NCBI RefSeq assembly: GCF_009914755.1
Contig: NC_060938.1
Origin: the human T2T-CHM13v2.0 reference genome, Homo sapiens
DNA length: 64,000 nt
Direction: 5' to 3' (one strand)
Positions 1 to 27,143 of this stretch are shown in pieces. The notes under the pieces were generated by a model. That model worked only from the letters and a program-made list of their open reading frames with translations, was not told the DNA's origin and made no database searches. Numbering within the stretch: position 1 is the stretch's first letter; each line of letters starts with the position of its first letter. A program made the translations under genes and the position numbers.

Positions 1-36
1 TATCAAAATGTCTCCCTCCCCACAGGTGACATATTA

Positions 37-3270
<3,234 letters not shown>

Positions 3271-5688
3271 CTGACTGCTTTCCAAAAAATTACCCAGCCC
3301 CTGAAAAAAATCACAATTCCAAGCTTCAGTGAAGGTTTTCCCCACATTTGTTATATAAAGGTGACATTTATCCAAATGTGTCAAGTTTTATATGCTACTC
3401 AAAATAGTGCAGATAGGCGTACTTTTTGTAGACTAGGGAGGTATGTATACGTCAGTACATTTAAATCTACTCCTTTCACAGTTGGTCTTCTCATTTTCTC
3501 TTGCTCACTATCTCTTATTCACCCCCCAACAAAGCCCTGTTTCCAATTCTTTTTGTTGAGACTCTGGTGCCAGCCAGTGTTTGTCACTATCTCCATCTCC
3601 TTCTATGGTCTTTTGTGTCTCTTTATACCTGGAGTAGACATGAATCCTCCCCACTCAGCTTTCCCAGAACGTCACACTCTGGCTTCCCTTCTTCCATGTC
3701 CCCGGAAGCCTGAGAGACCACAATCCCAGAGGACCTGGGCCCCATTCATGTGCTCACCTGCTTGTGTCTGCCGGTTCCCTGAGTCCTTGCTTTCGCTGCA
3801 GGTTGCCTTTTGCTCTTTGCTCCTGTTTCAGCTCTTCTTAATCAAGCGAGCCTCATGAACCGCATTCACCTTTGTGCCAGTTTGCAACTAACAGTGTGGC
3901 ATTTTGCTAACTCACTCCCTTCTCTATCCTTCCCTCCTCCCTTACTCTCTTTTTCTCTGAGTACACAATTCGTTCATCTACTTTTATCATAGTTAACTTC
4001 CAACTAGTAGGATTATCGCTCATAGGGCGGAAGCTGCTCAGCAACTCATTTCTGTGTTTTTGTTAGCCAAATAGAAAAGTTAATAGCACTTCTCAATACC
4101 TTCCATCCCTGACACAGAATTTAGAAACCTGGATGGAACATAACTTGGTCTCTTAAAAAAAAAAAAAAAAAACTTTAGAAACCTGGGCATTCACCTGTCT
4201 AGTTAATAAGCATGTACTGAGTATCTAATATATACCAGGCACTGTGCTAGATTCTTGATATATACAGAGGAATCCGATATAGAAGAAATTTCAGCTTACT
4301 GGAGAAAACAGGGCTGGGCACAGTGGCTCTTGTCTGTAATCTTAGCACTTTGGAAGGTCGAGGCAGGAGGATTACTTGAGGTCAGGATTTCAAGACCACC
4401 TTGGGCAACACAGTGAAGCTCTGTCTCTACAAAAATAAAAAAATTATCTGGGCATGGTGGCATGCACCTGTAGTCCCAGCTACTCAGAAGGCTAAGGTGG
4501 GAGGATCGCTTGAGCCTAAGAGGTCAAGGCTGCATGAACCATGATTATATCACTGCATTCCAGCCTGGGCTACAGAGCAAGAACCTGTCTCAAAAAACAA
4601 ACTAACAAAACCCAGACAAGCAAACCAACGACTGTAATGTACTGTGATAAGTTCTCTGACAGAAATGCACACAAAGTGCTCTAGGAACAGACATAAGGGA
4701 CAAGAAACTTGGCTTGGAAGGGGAAAGGTGAAGGTGGGATGGGACTGGGAAGCTTCTTGAGGGATGAGAGGTAGGAATTATCCTGGGAAAATGACACAAG
4801 GAGGATTCTGAGAACTTCAAGTATTAACAGCTTGGTACAGCTGGAATATAGAGGTGTACCAGAATAAAGACAGCCAGAGTGAGGGAAAATGGCTCTGGAA
4901 GCAGAGAATCAGATTTCAAAAGGAGTGGACTTGTTTTCCTTTCCCATAGTGAGATTGATTGTTAGTTATGTCTTTCTGTTGACTCCCTAAGCAAATATCA
5001 TTATTGATTGACTTGGATAAAATAATACAGTATCTCACAACAGTGGAAAATTGGATAGGTGATTAGAAAGGTCCACCAAAAGGTCCAAAAAGAGTGAAAT
5101 GTAAAAGCTCCCACTGACAATTCATCTGAGCTCCACAGCAAAGCTAGCCTTAACAAGTTAAAAATTAAACATAAGGCAAGTTTAAAATGTAACTAGAATG
5201 AAATTTTTAAACAGTAAGCTGAACTATGGAACCAATATAGTTAAACCACCCAGTGCATAAGTAAGCCAAGCCAAGCAAAACCAAGGTAGGTCTAATAAGC
5301 TAAGTTCAGGACAGGCTGCAGCAAAGTGAGCAATGCCTTATTTGAGGATATAACTTATAATACAAAGGGCCACAGCCCTGACACACCTTGCTATCTGAAG
5401 GATGTCTAAGGTGGGTGGTGCATGGTATCTTTTGTATTACCAAAGACAGGTATTAATATTAGGCCTGGAACATGCTGGACACCAGTAATTGAATCCCAAA
5501 TGGACTTGGTACAATTAGGCTAATGGAATATGCAGGCAGAAGCAATAGGGCAAGGAGTACCCCCTTTCCCAGTGTTCCACTACGGCCTAGGTATTACATG
5601 TCCAACTCCCAATTCCCCTCCAAACTAGACCATGGATAGGGCATGTGAAGCCTATTTGTTCCTATATTCATTCATTCATTTGGCCATG

Positions 5689-6126
5689 TGTTACAGGCAG
5701 AAAGAATGAGGGTCGTGACCAACTCAGTATGCCATTGGAGGTTATATGAGCAAACAGAAAACTGTTCTCATGAAAGCAGGATGTTGGAAAACTGACAAAC
5801 TGCGTCTGCCACCAGAAGGGGTGCTGAGGGCAGTCACACCCCCAGCGCAGTGTTCCTTGCAATTATCTATAGGAGCATCTGAAGCCTGTTGTACAAAGAA
5901 AGCAATTATGTGTACCTGTGATAAATCTAGCAGCTGACCAACTGTTACCTCTCCCTCCCTGCTCTTTCTATCTAATAAATACGAAGGGCGGTAGAAGCTC
6001 AGGGCTGCCTTTGCTCACTAGAAGCAAGGAGCTCCCTGACCCCTTCTTTCGAAACAGATCCTTTTGTCTTTGTCTTCATTTCTGCGTTTGTCCCCTTCAT
6101 TCAACCTGTAGTAACCGACAGTGACA
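5689..6126 (+). mobile_element. ERV solo LTR, LTR3-like (HERV-K HML-6)
   Basis: TG...CA termini, 438 bp, near-TSD gccatg/gccatt, AATAAA-type signal near 5974; 'gtgaccaactcag...ggaggttatatgagcaaacag...gcaggatgt' matches recalled LTR3 consensus. Confidence 0.75.
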
Positions 6127-6856
6127 GCCATTCCAGAAATTAGCAATTTCTTACTGCTGCTTACAAGTACAGCACACAAAGATAAATCATCTTAGAAACT
6201 TTAAGAAACCCTAAGAAACTATACTAAGTTGGAAAAAAAAAATACATGTCCATAAATTACCTCTATAAAGTGAAAATGTGTCAAGCAGCACAGTTACTAT
6301 GCTCTGAAACTTCAAAGCTGGGATGATGGAGAAGGCTCTGTGAAAAAGGTCGTATCTGAGGAGGGTCCTGAGGAGGGAAATGAATTAGGACAGGCAAGGA
6401 GTGCTTTTCAGGAATAAAACCATGAATCAAGACACGGATGTGGAAAAGGGATGGGGGCCCCTGAGGAACAGTGAATGGATCAGTTTGACCAACTATAGTA
6501 GAAAATAAAGTTGAAGAGATAGATTGAGGTCACATAGTAGAGGACACCAAATACTCAGCTAAGGAGTTTGGACTTTACTCTGCAGGTGATAGGAAGCCAC
6601 TGAAGATATTGAACTAGGGAGTATCCAAATACGAATCTGGTAGTTACATGTAAGGACTGCAGTCAGGAGCCTTGTCAGGACCACTCAATTGCTTAATTCT
6701 ACTAATGCTTACTGATGCCTACTAACTGCTAGGTGCCAGAAAAGTAAAGGTGAGGAAAACAGATCTTTTTATTCAAGATGCTGAGTCTGGCAGAGGTGGC
6801 AGACATATATAAAAATAACCGTAACTTTTTAAACTAAGCATAAAAATGGTAAAGAA

Positions 6857-9520
<2,664 letters not shown>

Positions 9521-9679
9521 TTAAAAGCCAATGTCCTCAAGAATTTTTTATATGAATTTGAGAAACAAAAAGTAGAAAACTAGTGAAAGAGGATATAGAA
9601 GAAGAGGGTTAGCATTTAATGCAGAGGATAAAGATTGTGGTCAAAGAAACATAATCTGAGATTTTAAAAAAATAGTAAC

Positions 9680-9920
9680 CAATATTTACGGAGATCTTAG
9701 TAGATGCCAAGCATGATGTTAAGTATTCTACATAGATTAGCTCATTTAATCTCACATTACTGCTCTGTGAGTTAGGTGCTATTATTAAGATTCCCATTTT
9801 ATAAATGAGAAAACTGAGCTTAGAGAAACTAAGTATCTTAAGACCACATCGTAGTTAAATGAAATGAGCCAGAAATCAAACCCAGATGGTTTAATTCCAG
9901 AGCCACAGTCTTAACTAGTA
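9680..9920 (-). mobile_element. MIR
   Basis: MIR core reverse complement 'ctcatttaatc...cccattttataaatgagaaaactgag'. Confidence 0.75.
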
Positions 9921-10254
9921 GGCCACCCAAGAAGGATTATCTAACAGGGCTCTTGGAAAAGACAGATATGGGAGTGGGGAGGCGAGTGTAGAGCAGAGAA
10001 TGGTCTGAGATGAGGCTGGAAAGTGAGACTTCCATCAGGATGTGAAAGTCTTACAGCAGTCTGACCTTCTTACATAAAATCAAGAGCTTATTTATTTATT
10101 TATGTAGAGATGGAGTCTCACTATGTTACCCAGGCTGGTCTTGAACTCCTGGCCTCATGCAATCCTCTAGCCTCAGCCTCCTGAATAGCTGGGATAACAG
10201 GGTTGAGCCACTGTGCCCAGCTAATCAAGAGATTTTGAAGATCTTAATTTCCTG

Positions 10255-10990
10255 CTGTTGAATACATTTCCAGAATCCGACCATTTCTGACCACTTCCAT
10301 TGCTACCACCTTCGCCCAAGCCACTATCATCTTTCATGTGATTTGCTAATATTGTCCTAACAGATCTTCCTGCTTTTATCCTCACTCCCCTGGAGTTTGT
10401 CTCCTTTTAACAAACAACCAAAGTCATCCTTTAATATAAATTAGAGTATGTCTCTGTTTTATGCAAAATCCAGCACTGGCTCCCCATTTCAGAGAAACAA
10501 GGTCCTGAAAATAGCCTTCTGCTTCCATCCCCACTACATCTCTGACCCCATCTACTAATAGTTTTCACCTTACTCTCCCCCAACACTGACCTCTGCGCTT
10601 ATTCACTCATGCCCCTGCCTTAGGGCCTTCGCTCTAAGCTGTCCCCACTGCCTAGAAATTCTTTTCCTATATATCCACTTGATGAATTCCTGCAACTCCT
10701 TCAAATACTTGTTTAAAAATCACTTTCTTATTGAGATCTACTTAATACTATAACCTCTCACCTTCACATGCTCCCACCTCTACCTGCTTTCTCAACTCCC
10801 CTTACTCTGATCCACTTTTCTTTTTTCCACACCACTTATCACATTCTAACATACTGGAAAGCTTACTGATATTTATTGTCTGTGTTCCTCTGATAGAATA
10901 TAAGCTCCTCAAGAGCAGAAATCTTTTTGTTTACTGGTGTAACCCAAGAACCTAGAAGAGCGTCCAAGGTGGAATTCAATAAAAACTGAC
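10255..10990 (+). mobile_element. L2 3' end
   Basis: 'tccagaatccgaccattt...ccaagccactatcatct...agaatataagctcctcaagagcag...tcaataaa' typical of the L2 terminus. Confidence 0.7.
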
Positions 10991-11008
10991 AATAGAAATG
11001 GGCTAGGG

Positions 11009-11468
11009 TTTCTCTTGGCCTTAGCGCCATTTTCTTGGAAACCTCTGCATCATGAGAGCTAAGTGGAGGAAAAAGCGAATGTGCAGTCTGAAGCACAAAA
11101 GAAGAAAGATGAGGCAGAGGTCCAAGTAAACCGCTAGCTTGTTGCACCGTGGAGGCCACACAGGAGCAGAAACATGGAATGCCAGATGCTGGGGATGCTG
11201 GTACAAGTTGTGGGACTGCATGCTATTGTGTAGAGCTTGTCTCAATGGATCCAGAACTTCACCGCCCTCTGATCGCTGATCACCTCTGAGACCCACCTTG
11301 CTCATAACCAAAACTGCCCATGTTGGTCCTCTGCCCTGGACCTGGGACATTCTGGACTATTTCTGTGTTTACTTGTGGCCGAGTATAACAACCATACGAT
11401 AAATCATCTCTTCTGCTGTCTTAGCTGAAGAATCAAAAAAAAAGAAAAAGAAAAAAAGAAAAAAAAAA
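11009..11468 (+). pseudogene. RPL41 processed pseudogene (full-length retrocopy; ORF 11052-11129)
   Basis: Starts at the 5'TOP-like tttctct, RPL41-type 5'UTR (ggccttagcgccatttt...), intronless ORF [25 protein letters not shown], RPL41-like 3'UTR and an A-rich tail at 11435-11468. Confidence 0.93.
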
Positions 11469-11470
11469 TT

Positions 11471-18240
<6,770 letters not shown>

Positions 18241-18761
18241 AAAGTGTTTCCATTGTGAATTATATAATTTCCTACAGGGAATACCACTTTTATTTATAGT
18301 TCAGAGTCATGATTATGATTATCAGTTATATTTTCCTGTAAACCTGAGATGCCTCCAAGGGCTACAGTAGGTCTACAGGACTGTTTGCCCTTCTGTCACC
18401 AAATGGTCCCAGATTGCTATCCTTTTTGAGCTAGTTTTTTCTGACATCATGCTATCTATTTTCACTGATCAGTACTGTCATGTGCCCAGCTCCTTCAATA
18501 AACCACCATTACCTCCTAATTTTCTTTTTAAATCTGTTGTAGGATGTAAATCAGGAAGCCATAATTATTAGAATTTCATGTCAACATAAGCAAATGAAGA
18601 CCTCTCCAACAGAATAAGGGTACTGCACTTTGTGACAGCTCTTTCAGTGCCTTATGGACCCTTTTCCATCTACTGTGAGCTCTCAGCTAGGAACAACAAA
18701 GCAGAATTTGCAGAAATCTGACCTATGAAAAAGTGAAGTATTACTTATATATGTTACTTAC

Positions 18762-18821
18762 CAATTTTTTCTTTCCTTCTGAATTTTCTCCTTGGTTCCT
18801 TTATTATATCACTTTTTCAAC
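18762..18821 (-). other. ENTPD5: ENTPD5 5'UTR exon 3
   Basis: Minus-strand acceptor cttacacag|GTTGAAAAAG at 18821 and strong donor TTG|gtaagt at 18761; 60 nt; recognised ENTPD5 leader sequence. Confidence 0.8.
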
Positions 18822-19703
18822 CTGTGTAAGATGGACATGAATAATTATAAGAACAGTTTCCTCTTTTTCTCTGCTGTCAGTATGCCTACTTTTGACTCAG
18901 TTATCTCTTCCACATTTTCATTTCTAATCTTTTCAGGCTTTGGAACCCAGATCACCAAGCTCATCTCCTGAGTTGTAGTCTAATGCCCTTCAGCTCTTTC
19001 TGCTCCCCTACACTTTCTTCTCACTCAAACTACAACCTCAGCCACTTTACCACACATCCAGCTCATTTAAAAAGTCACCAACAGCAAGAGAAGCAAGTCA
19101 CACTCCCTCTAGAAGCTGGTGTATATGTGTGTGTAAAGGTGGAGAAGGCAATGACCAAGGAGCTAATTCATAAGTAAAGTACACAGACTGGGCGCAGCAA
19201 CTCACGCCTATAATCCTAGCATTTTGGGAAGTCAAGGCAGGCAGACAGCTTGAGCTCAGGAGTTTGTGACCAACCTGGGCAATGTGGCGAAACTCCATCT
19301 CTACAAAATATAAAAAAAATTAGCCAGGTGTGGTGGCATGTGCCTGTAGTCCCAGCTACTTGGGAGGCTGAGACAGGAGGATTGCTTGAATATGGGAAGT
19401 CGAGGCTGCAGTGAGCCGAGATGTGAGGTCTTTTTTTGCTGTTAAAATGTCAGCCATATGTTCCACAGTATGATCAATGAGTGGCTACTTACTATTACAT
19501 GCACGAGTATGTGGTTAAAAGGGACCAAGCAGATGGGGGCTTGGTGGCTCATGCCTATACTCCCAGCACTTTGGGAGGCTGAGGTGAAAGAATCACTTAA
19601 GAATTTGAGTTTATATATTATTTTCTATTCCCTCAGGAACAAAAAAGTTAAACTTACCTATGCAACATAAATCTGAAGATTACACATTCAAGACAGGATT
19701 TGA

Positions 19704-20003
<300 letters not shown>

Positions 20004-20706
20004 TGACCTCAAGTGATCCACCAGACTTCGCCTCCTAAAGTGCTGGGATTATAGGCATGAGCCACCGGTCCCAGCTGGGACTCATTCATCTTTGAACACT
20101 GATTACTTAACAGAGTACAATCTGGCATATATGTTTAATTAATGTTTGTTAAATAAATTAACAAATACATAAATCTCATCACTTTGCTTCTCAAAATTTT
20201 CATTAATGTCCCACTGTCCACAACAGAAGTTACAAACTCAAACACCTACAGGCACCAGGCAGGAAATATAAATGAGTAAAGGTGTGTGTAAGACAAAAGG
20301 AACCGGTGGGGATTGCAGTAAACTGGAGAGCATGTGTCCCATCTAAAGGGGCAGCTTCTTGCTATTCCCACCAACTGCTACCATAATGGAATGTAGGCTC
20401 CATACTGCCAGGTCTTCTGATTTTTCAAGGTAAGCTGAAAGCACAGATTTCTTTGTAAAATCTGCTGATTTTTAAATGATGACAACTAATTCCATTTAAA
20501 AACCCCCAAAAACCTACCATTCAGGCCAAACGAAACACATTCTATGAGCCAAGTCCAGCCCTCAAGTCACAAGCTGGGGCCTCTAGTCTGCAGGATAAAA
20601 GACAAACTCCCTGTCTGACATTCTAAGTCATTCACAATGAGTTCCCAGCCTACCTTTTTAGAGTGTTTTGCCTACTTGTTCCATACAATAACCCTCTGCT
20701 CTAGTC

Positions 20707-20885
20707 TAGTGGTTCTGAAACTTTAGCACGCATCAGAACCACCTGGAGGGCATAGACTGCTGGGCCTCATTGCCAGTATTTCTGAATCAGTAGGTCTCAG
20801 GTGGGGCCTGTGAAACTGTAGTTCTAATAAGTTACCAGGTGAAGCTGATGTTACCGGTCTGTGGACCACACTTTAGGAACCAATG
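20707..20885. mobile_element. MER5A-like hAT DNA transposon remnant
   Basis: 'agtggttctgaaacttt...catcagaaccacctggaggg...tcagtaggtctcaggtggggcctg...ggaccacactttaggaaccaatg'. Confidence 0.75.
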
Positions 20886-21052
20886 CTAGAGTTAAACTAC
20901 TCCCTATTTTAAGCATACTCTGAATTGTGCTCACATTGTTCTAACTTCCCAGAGGAACTTCCCTCTCCTTTCAGTCCATCTCCTTCTATAAACTTTCCCT
21001 GACTACGACAGTCTTAAATGCCTCCAAATTCTATAGCACCTAGGGTTTGGGC

Positions 21053-21280
21053 CAAGCTTAGTCAAAACCCACAGCCCATGGGCCGCATGTAGCCCAGGAT
21101 GGCTTTGAATGCAGCCCAACACAAATTTGTAAACTTTCTTAAAATATTATGAGATCTTTTTTTGTGATTTTTTTTTAAGCTCATCAGCCATCATTAGTGT
21201 TAGTATATTTTATGTGTGACCCAAGACAATTCTTCTTCTTCCAATGTAGCCCAAGGAAGCCAAAAGATTGGACACCCCTG
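21053..21280. mobile_element. MER30-like hAT MITE
   Basis: Ends in 'gccaaaagattggacacccctg', internal 'cccaggatggctttgaatgcagcccaacacaaattt'. Confidence 0.75.
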
Positions 21281-23514
21281 GTCTACACCATCTCTCCTTT
21301 ATCAATCCCTGCTTGGTACTGTTTACTGTTAAGTGTTTGTGTATGGGTGACAATAAGGTTGTATATTCTCAGAGATCAACATCCAGGTCAGAGCTTTATA
21401 CATCTGACTGTAAACAATTTGAGGGCAAGGGCCTTCTCTTGTTCCTTACTGTACCCATGAAGTTATCAGACAGGCTGTTATACAGTTGGTATTCATTAAA
21501 TGTTTCTTAAATGAATGAACATTTGACAGATCCATGACATAAAAATGCAGACAAGTGGGCCTAAAACTTAGGTAATTTTTCATTGCTTTTTTTAAAAAAT
21601 AGAGACAGGGTCTTGTTATGTTGTCCAGGCCGGTCTCAAAATCCTAGGCTCAAGCAATCCTCCTACCTCGGCCTCCCAAAATGCTAGGATTATAGATGTG
21701 AGTCACTGTGCCCAGTCCAGGTAAGTTTTCTTAGAGAACTTTTAGTCTGTGGCTCTGTTGGGATGGACGACTAATAAAAATGGGATATTTAGCAAATAAA
21801 GGAACAGTAGTTAATGATTATTTGTAGGCATAGTGGTGCACGCCTGTAGTCCCAACTACTTGGGAAGCTGAAGTAGGAGGATCTCTTGAGCTCAGGAGCT
21901 TAAGTTCAGCCTGGACAACATAACAAAACCCCATTTCAAAAATATATGGCCAAGCATAGTGGCTCACAACTATAATTCCAGCACTTTGGGGGCCTGAGGT
22001 AGGAGAACCATTTGAGCCCAGTAGCAACAGAGTGAGATCCAGTCTTTACTCCCCCCCCACAAAAAAAAGTTAGCTGGGCATGGTGGCACAAGCCTGTGCT
22101 CCTAGCTACTCAGGAGACTGACATGGGAGAATTGCTTGACCCCAGAAGGTTAAGGCTGCAGTGAGTCATGATTGCACCACTGCACTCCAGCCTGGGTGAC
22201 ATAGTGAGACCCTGTCATTCATTAACAAATAAATAAACAAATAATTATCTGTGGTAACATATCTTGTATATAAGTAAAACATTGAATGTTTTAAATTTTT
22301 AAAAATTTATCTAAAAGTGATAAGATTAAATCCTTGACCGCCAGGATTTCTTAAAATGCCCCTGCAGAGATGTGAACTAGTCTTAATATCACGAGAAAAT
22401 GTCAATTTAGTAGAATTCTATATTTGCAGCACATGCAATAAAAAAGCAGGATGAAAGTAACTCCTGGCCAGGTGTGGTGGCTCAAGCCTGTAATCTCAGC
22501 ACTTTGGGAAGCCGAGGCAGGCAGATCACTTGAAGTGAGGAGTTCAAGACCGGCCTGGCCAACATGGGGGTGAAACCCTGTCTCTACTAAAATACAAAAA
22601 TTAGCCGGGCATGGTGGCAGGCATCTGTAATCCCAGCTACTCGGGAGGCTGAGGCAGGAGAATTGCTTGAACCTGGGAGGCAGAGTTGAAGTGAGACAAG
22701 ATTGTGCCACTGCACTCCAGCCTGGGCGACAGAGCAAGACTACCTCTCAAAAAAAAAAAAAAGAAAGTAACTCCCATAAGAAACAGTTTGGATAATAATA
22801 TATTTATTCAGGATTCTAAAGGCTATGTAGAAACAAAATCTAAAGTTGTTCACTTAGACTGATCCACCTATAAAGTACCATCTGCTATAAGGTGATCTCA
22901 AGAATGATTTATGAAGGGAAACATGGCCTCTAAGGTAAACCCAAATAAAGTTATAGATGAATTTATAAAGTAAACCCAGTTTTGGACCTACTAGAAGAAA
23001 AAAGCAGAAGTACTACCCACCCCCCGCCCCCCCTTTTTTTTTTGAGAAACAGTCACACCATTGCTCAGGCTGGAATACAGTGGCACGGCTCACTGCAGCC
23101 ATGATCTCCCTGGGCTCAGGTGATCCTCTGAACTCAGCCTCCTGAGTAGCTGGAACTACAGGTACATGGCCACCACACCCAGCTAATTTTTGTATTTTTT
23201 GTAAAGACAGGGTTTTGCCATGTTGTCCAGACTGGTCTTGAACTCCTGGGCTTAAGCAATCCGTCTGCCTTGGCCTCCCAAAGTGTTAGGATTACAGGCA
23301 TGAACCACCATGACCAGCCAGAAATTCTATCTATTTTGATACATAATAGTTCTAAATTTTATATATGGCTTGTTGGACAAAATTAACATCACTTGGCAAA
23401 AAACAGAGAATTAAATTCAGGAAAAAAAGAAAACCACCATTCAGGAACATTTGAAATACATTTATAAATTTAAGCTAGTGGAGATATTACCTTACATCTG
23501 GATACAAGTCCTAC

Positions 23515-23597
23515 CTAACAGCACCATAATGATCTTGTCTGTATGAGGATTCAGCCAAGACACTCCACATTTCTTTGTTGACCAGGAACAAGGAAAA
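23515..23597 (-). other. ENTPD5: ENTPD5 5'UTR exon 2 (alternative donor extends it to 23491)
   Basis: Minus-strand acceptor ttctttttctgtccag|TTTTCC at 23597; donors TAG|gtagga (23515) and AAG|gtaata (23491); recognised ENTPD5 leader sequence. Confidence 0.8.
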
Positions 23598-24702
23598 CTG
23601 GACAGAAAAAGAATTACAAAACCAAGTCAACAAAACATGAAGTGGCTTATTCCAAGTTTAAAAGCATTAGTGTTCTAAACAATGAAACAAGGAAAATTTA
23701 TTTAGTAATAATTCCTGGAACTTCATAGTAAAGGCACCTACCAGTAACTGTGGAAGGAAATGCTACCAGATAAACTACTAAATAGCAACTTCCTACTCTA
23801 CTATCTGTACTATCAGTTGTTGCTCACCAGCAGATGACAGTAACAACATCCAGTTCTTTGGTAGAAAATGAGGGGATTCAGAAGAATGTAGACTCTATAT
23901 CCACCTCTACCAGAGTATGAAATCTTGGCATTTCCCTGAGCCATATTCATGTCACAACAGCTTTATCTACAAAATCAAACTTAGTCAATAAAAAATATAT
24001 ATAATACAATAAAATAAACTAGGCCAAGTGTGGCGACTCATGCCTGTAATCCCAGCACTTTGGGAGGCCAAGGCAGGAGGATCACCTGAGCTCAGGAGTT
24101 CAAGACCAGCCTAGGCAACATGGCAAAACCCTGTCTCTACAAAAAATACAAAATTAGCCAGGCATGGTGGTGCATGCCTACAGTCCCAGCTATGCCAGAG
24201 GCTGAGGTGGGAGGATCACTTAAGTCCAGGAGGTCGAAGCTGTAATGAGCCATGATCCTGCCACTGTACTCCAGCATGGTTAAGAGTAAGACCCTATCTC
24301 AAAAAAACCATCAAAAAACCCAAAAACCAATAAAAGAAACTATAAAGTACTATAACTAAGGTACTACGCATACATTAATAATCTTGTTATAGTCAAATTT
24401 TTATGTTCATAAATTAATCTGTAAGCCTATGTTCAAATGAGGAGTCTTGGACTGACTTTCATATTATAAAGTTACCAATTTCTAGAATAAATTCCAAATA
24501 TACAGCCTGTGACAGAAGATGCCCTACTCTCCTTTCTGCAGCTTATCAACAGTGTGCTTTTTCAGAACCTTACACATACAAAATTAATGGTAACTTTATA
24601 GATTTTACATCAGAGATAAACTCTTCAATATATGGCGATTCCGCCTATGGACTCACGGGAGTGTGAAAGTATACCAGAAATACACTCAGAAAAAGCTATG
24701 AT

Positions 24703-25860
<1,158 letters not shown>

Positions 25861-26914
25861 GTTTACAAGGCTTATCATTACCAAATCGGCATGTTCCCTC
25901 AGAAGAAACAGAAATTCAGAAACAGAAACTATGCAAGTGGGAAACAAGGCGGAGGGGAGTAATTAGAGGTCAAAGACATCGGGAAGGAGTGTACGGATTA
26001 AGTCCTCCCTAGAGAAATGGTGACGAAGGATCTACAACCACATTTAAAATAAACTTTTTAATTTGAAATGGAGTATAACAGAGCAGAGCTTCAACCACAA
26101 GTCTCCTAACTATTGGCTTGGCACTCAGAATACCGTACCTTCCTTAATGACTCACTGACTGACTCTCATTGAAAAATGAGAATACTTGTGAGTACACTCC
26201 TTTTCAGAGGTGTATTCGGGATTTCAGGAGTCGGGGAGGCAAGTTGAAGAGCTTCCAACTTTATGCAACTTTCAGGAAAGAAGGCTGCGGACCGGTATTA
26301 GCAAATGGAAATCCGGGGGGCGGTCGTGGGCAGGAAGTATCGGCCACACAGGACCTAGTGAGGCCGAGGACCCTGCTCCCGACCTCGGTGGCAGCACTCC
26401 CCTCCCCGCCCGGCTCCCTGGCGTGCCGCTGCTCTTCGGAGGCTGGCAGCCTCGCCCTCAACCACCGCCCTCGGGAAAGTCCTCGACTGCCTATCAAAAA
26501 ACATTTGGCCTGGGACGTCCGCTGGCTGCACTATCCCTTACAGAATCAGCAAGGGTGAAAAGCCAGGAAAGAGATGCAACCCAAAGGAGTAAGGCAGTGC
26601 CGGGAGCGGCAGAAGCGGAGCGGGGGCGAGGGCAAGGTAGCCGCGGCCACGCTGGCTGCGGCATGGAGACACGGGAGGAACGGGACCCGCGGGCGGCACG
26701 GGAAAGGGCTGCGGCTCAGACCACTGCGGCGGGACGGGCGGATCAGCGGGGATCTAAGTCTCCTGAGGCAAGGGCGCCCCGACCGCAGCGACTCCTGACA
26801 CACCCAGGCCGCAGGACGAAGCGCTACCGCCTGGGGCTGCCAGCTCCCGCCTCCCGCCCGCAGAGCCCGGGCCCCACGTAGAGGATCCGGCGCCGCCGAC
26901 ACTCGCACACTCAC

Positions 26915-26985
26915 CGCGCGCGCGCCACCCTTGCGCGGCAGCCCGCCGCCCTCGGCGCGACCTCCGCCCCACCCCGCGCGCCGCG
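26915..26985 (-). other. ENTPD5: ENTPD5 non-coding exon 1 (5' end/TSS approximate)
   Basis: Minus-strand donor GCG|gtgagt at 26914 inside the CpG island; sequence matches my recollection of the ENTPD5 mRNA leader; ENTPD5 is the known head-to-head neighbour of BBOF1. Confidence 0.75.
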
Positions 26986-27143
26986 GCGCCTGGGCTACGT
27001 CACGGGCGCGTGCGCTCTCCGCGCGCCGTCAGCGGCGCGGGTGGGGCATTGCCAGCTCGGCGTCCCGGTTCCCTTGGAGACAGAGCTGGCCAGGGCGGCC
27101 GCGGCTGGGCAACTACGACAGCGGAGCCCCTGGGGAAGCCAAG

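Noticed and set aside
3361-3858. 165-aa hydrophobic + strand ORF
   Set aside because: GTG start, pyrimidine-biased composition, no homology I recognise and no splice framework.
26931-27143. In-frame open extension upstream of the BBOF1 ATG (TTG 26931, CTG 27105)
   Set aside because: The TTG probably lies upstream of the BBOF1 TSS and the CTG has a weak -3 context; expected by chance in GC-rich sequence. Only Ribo-seq could rescue it.
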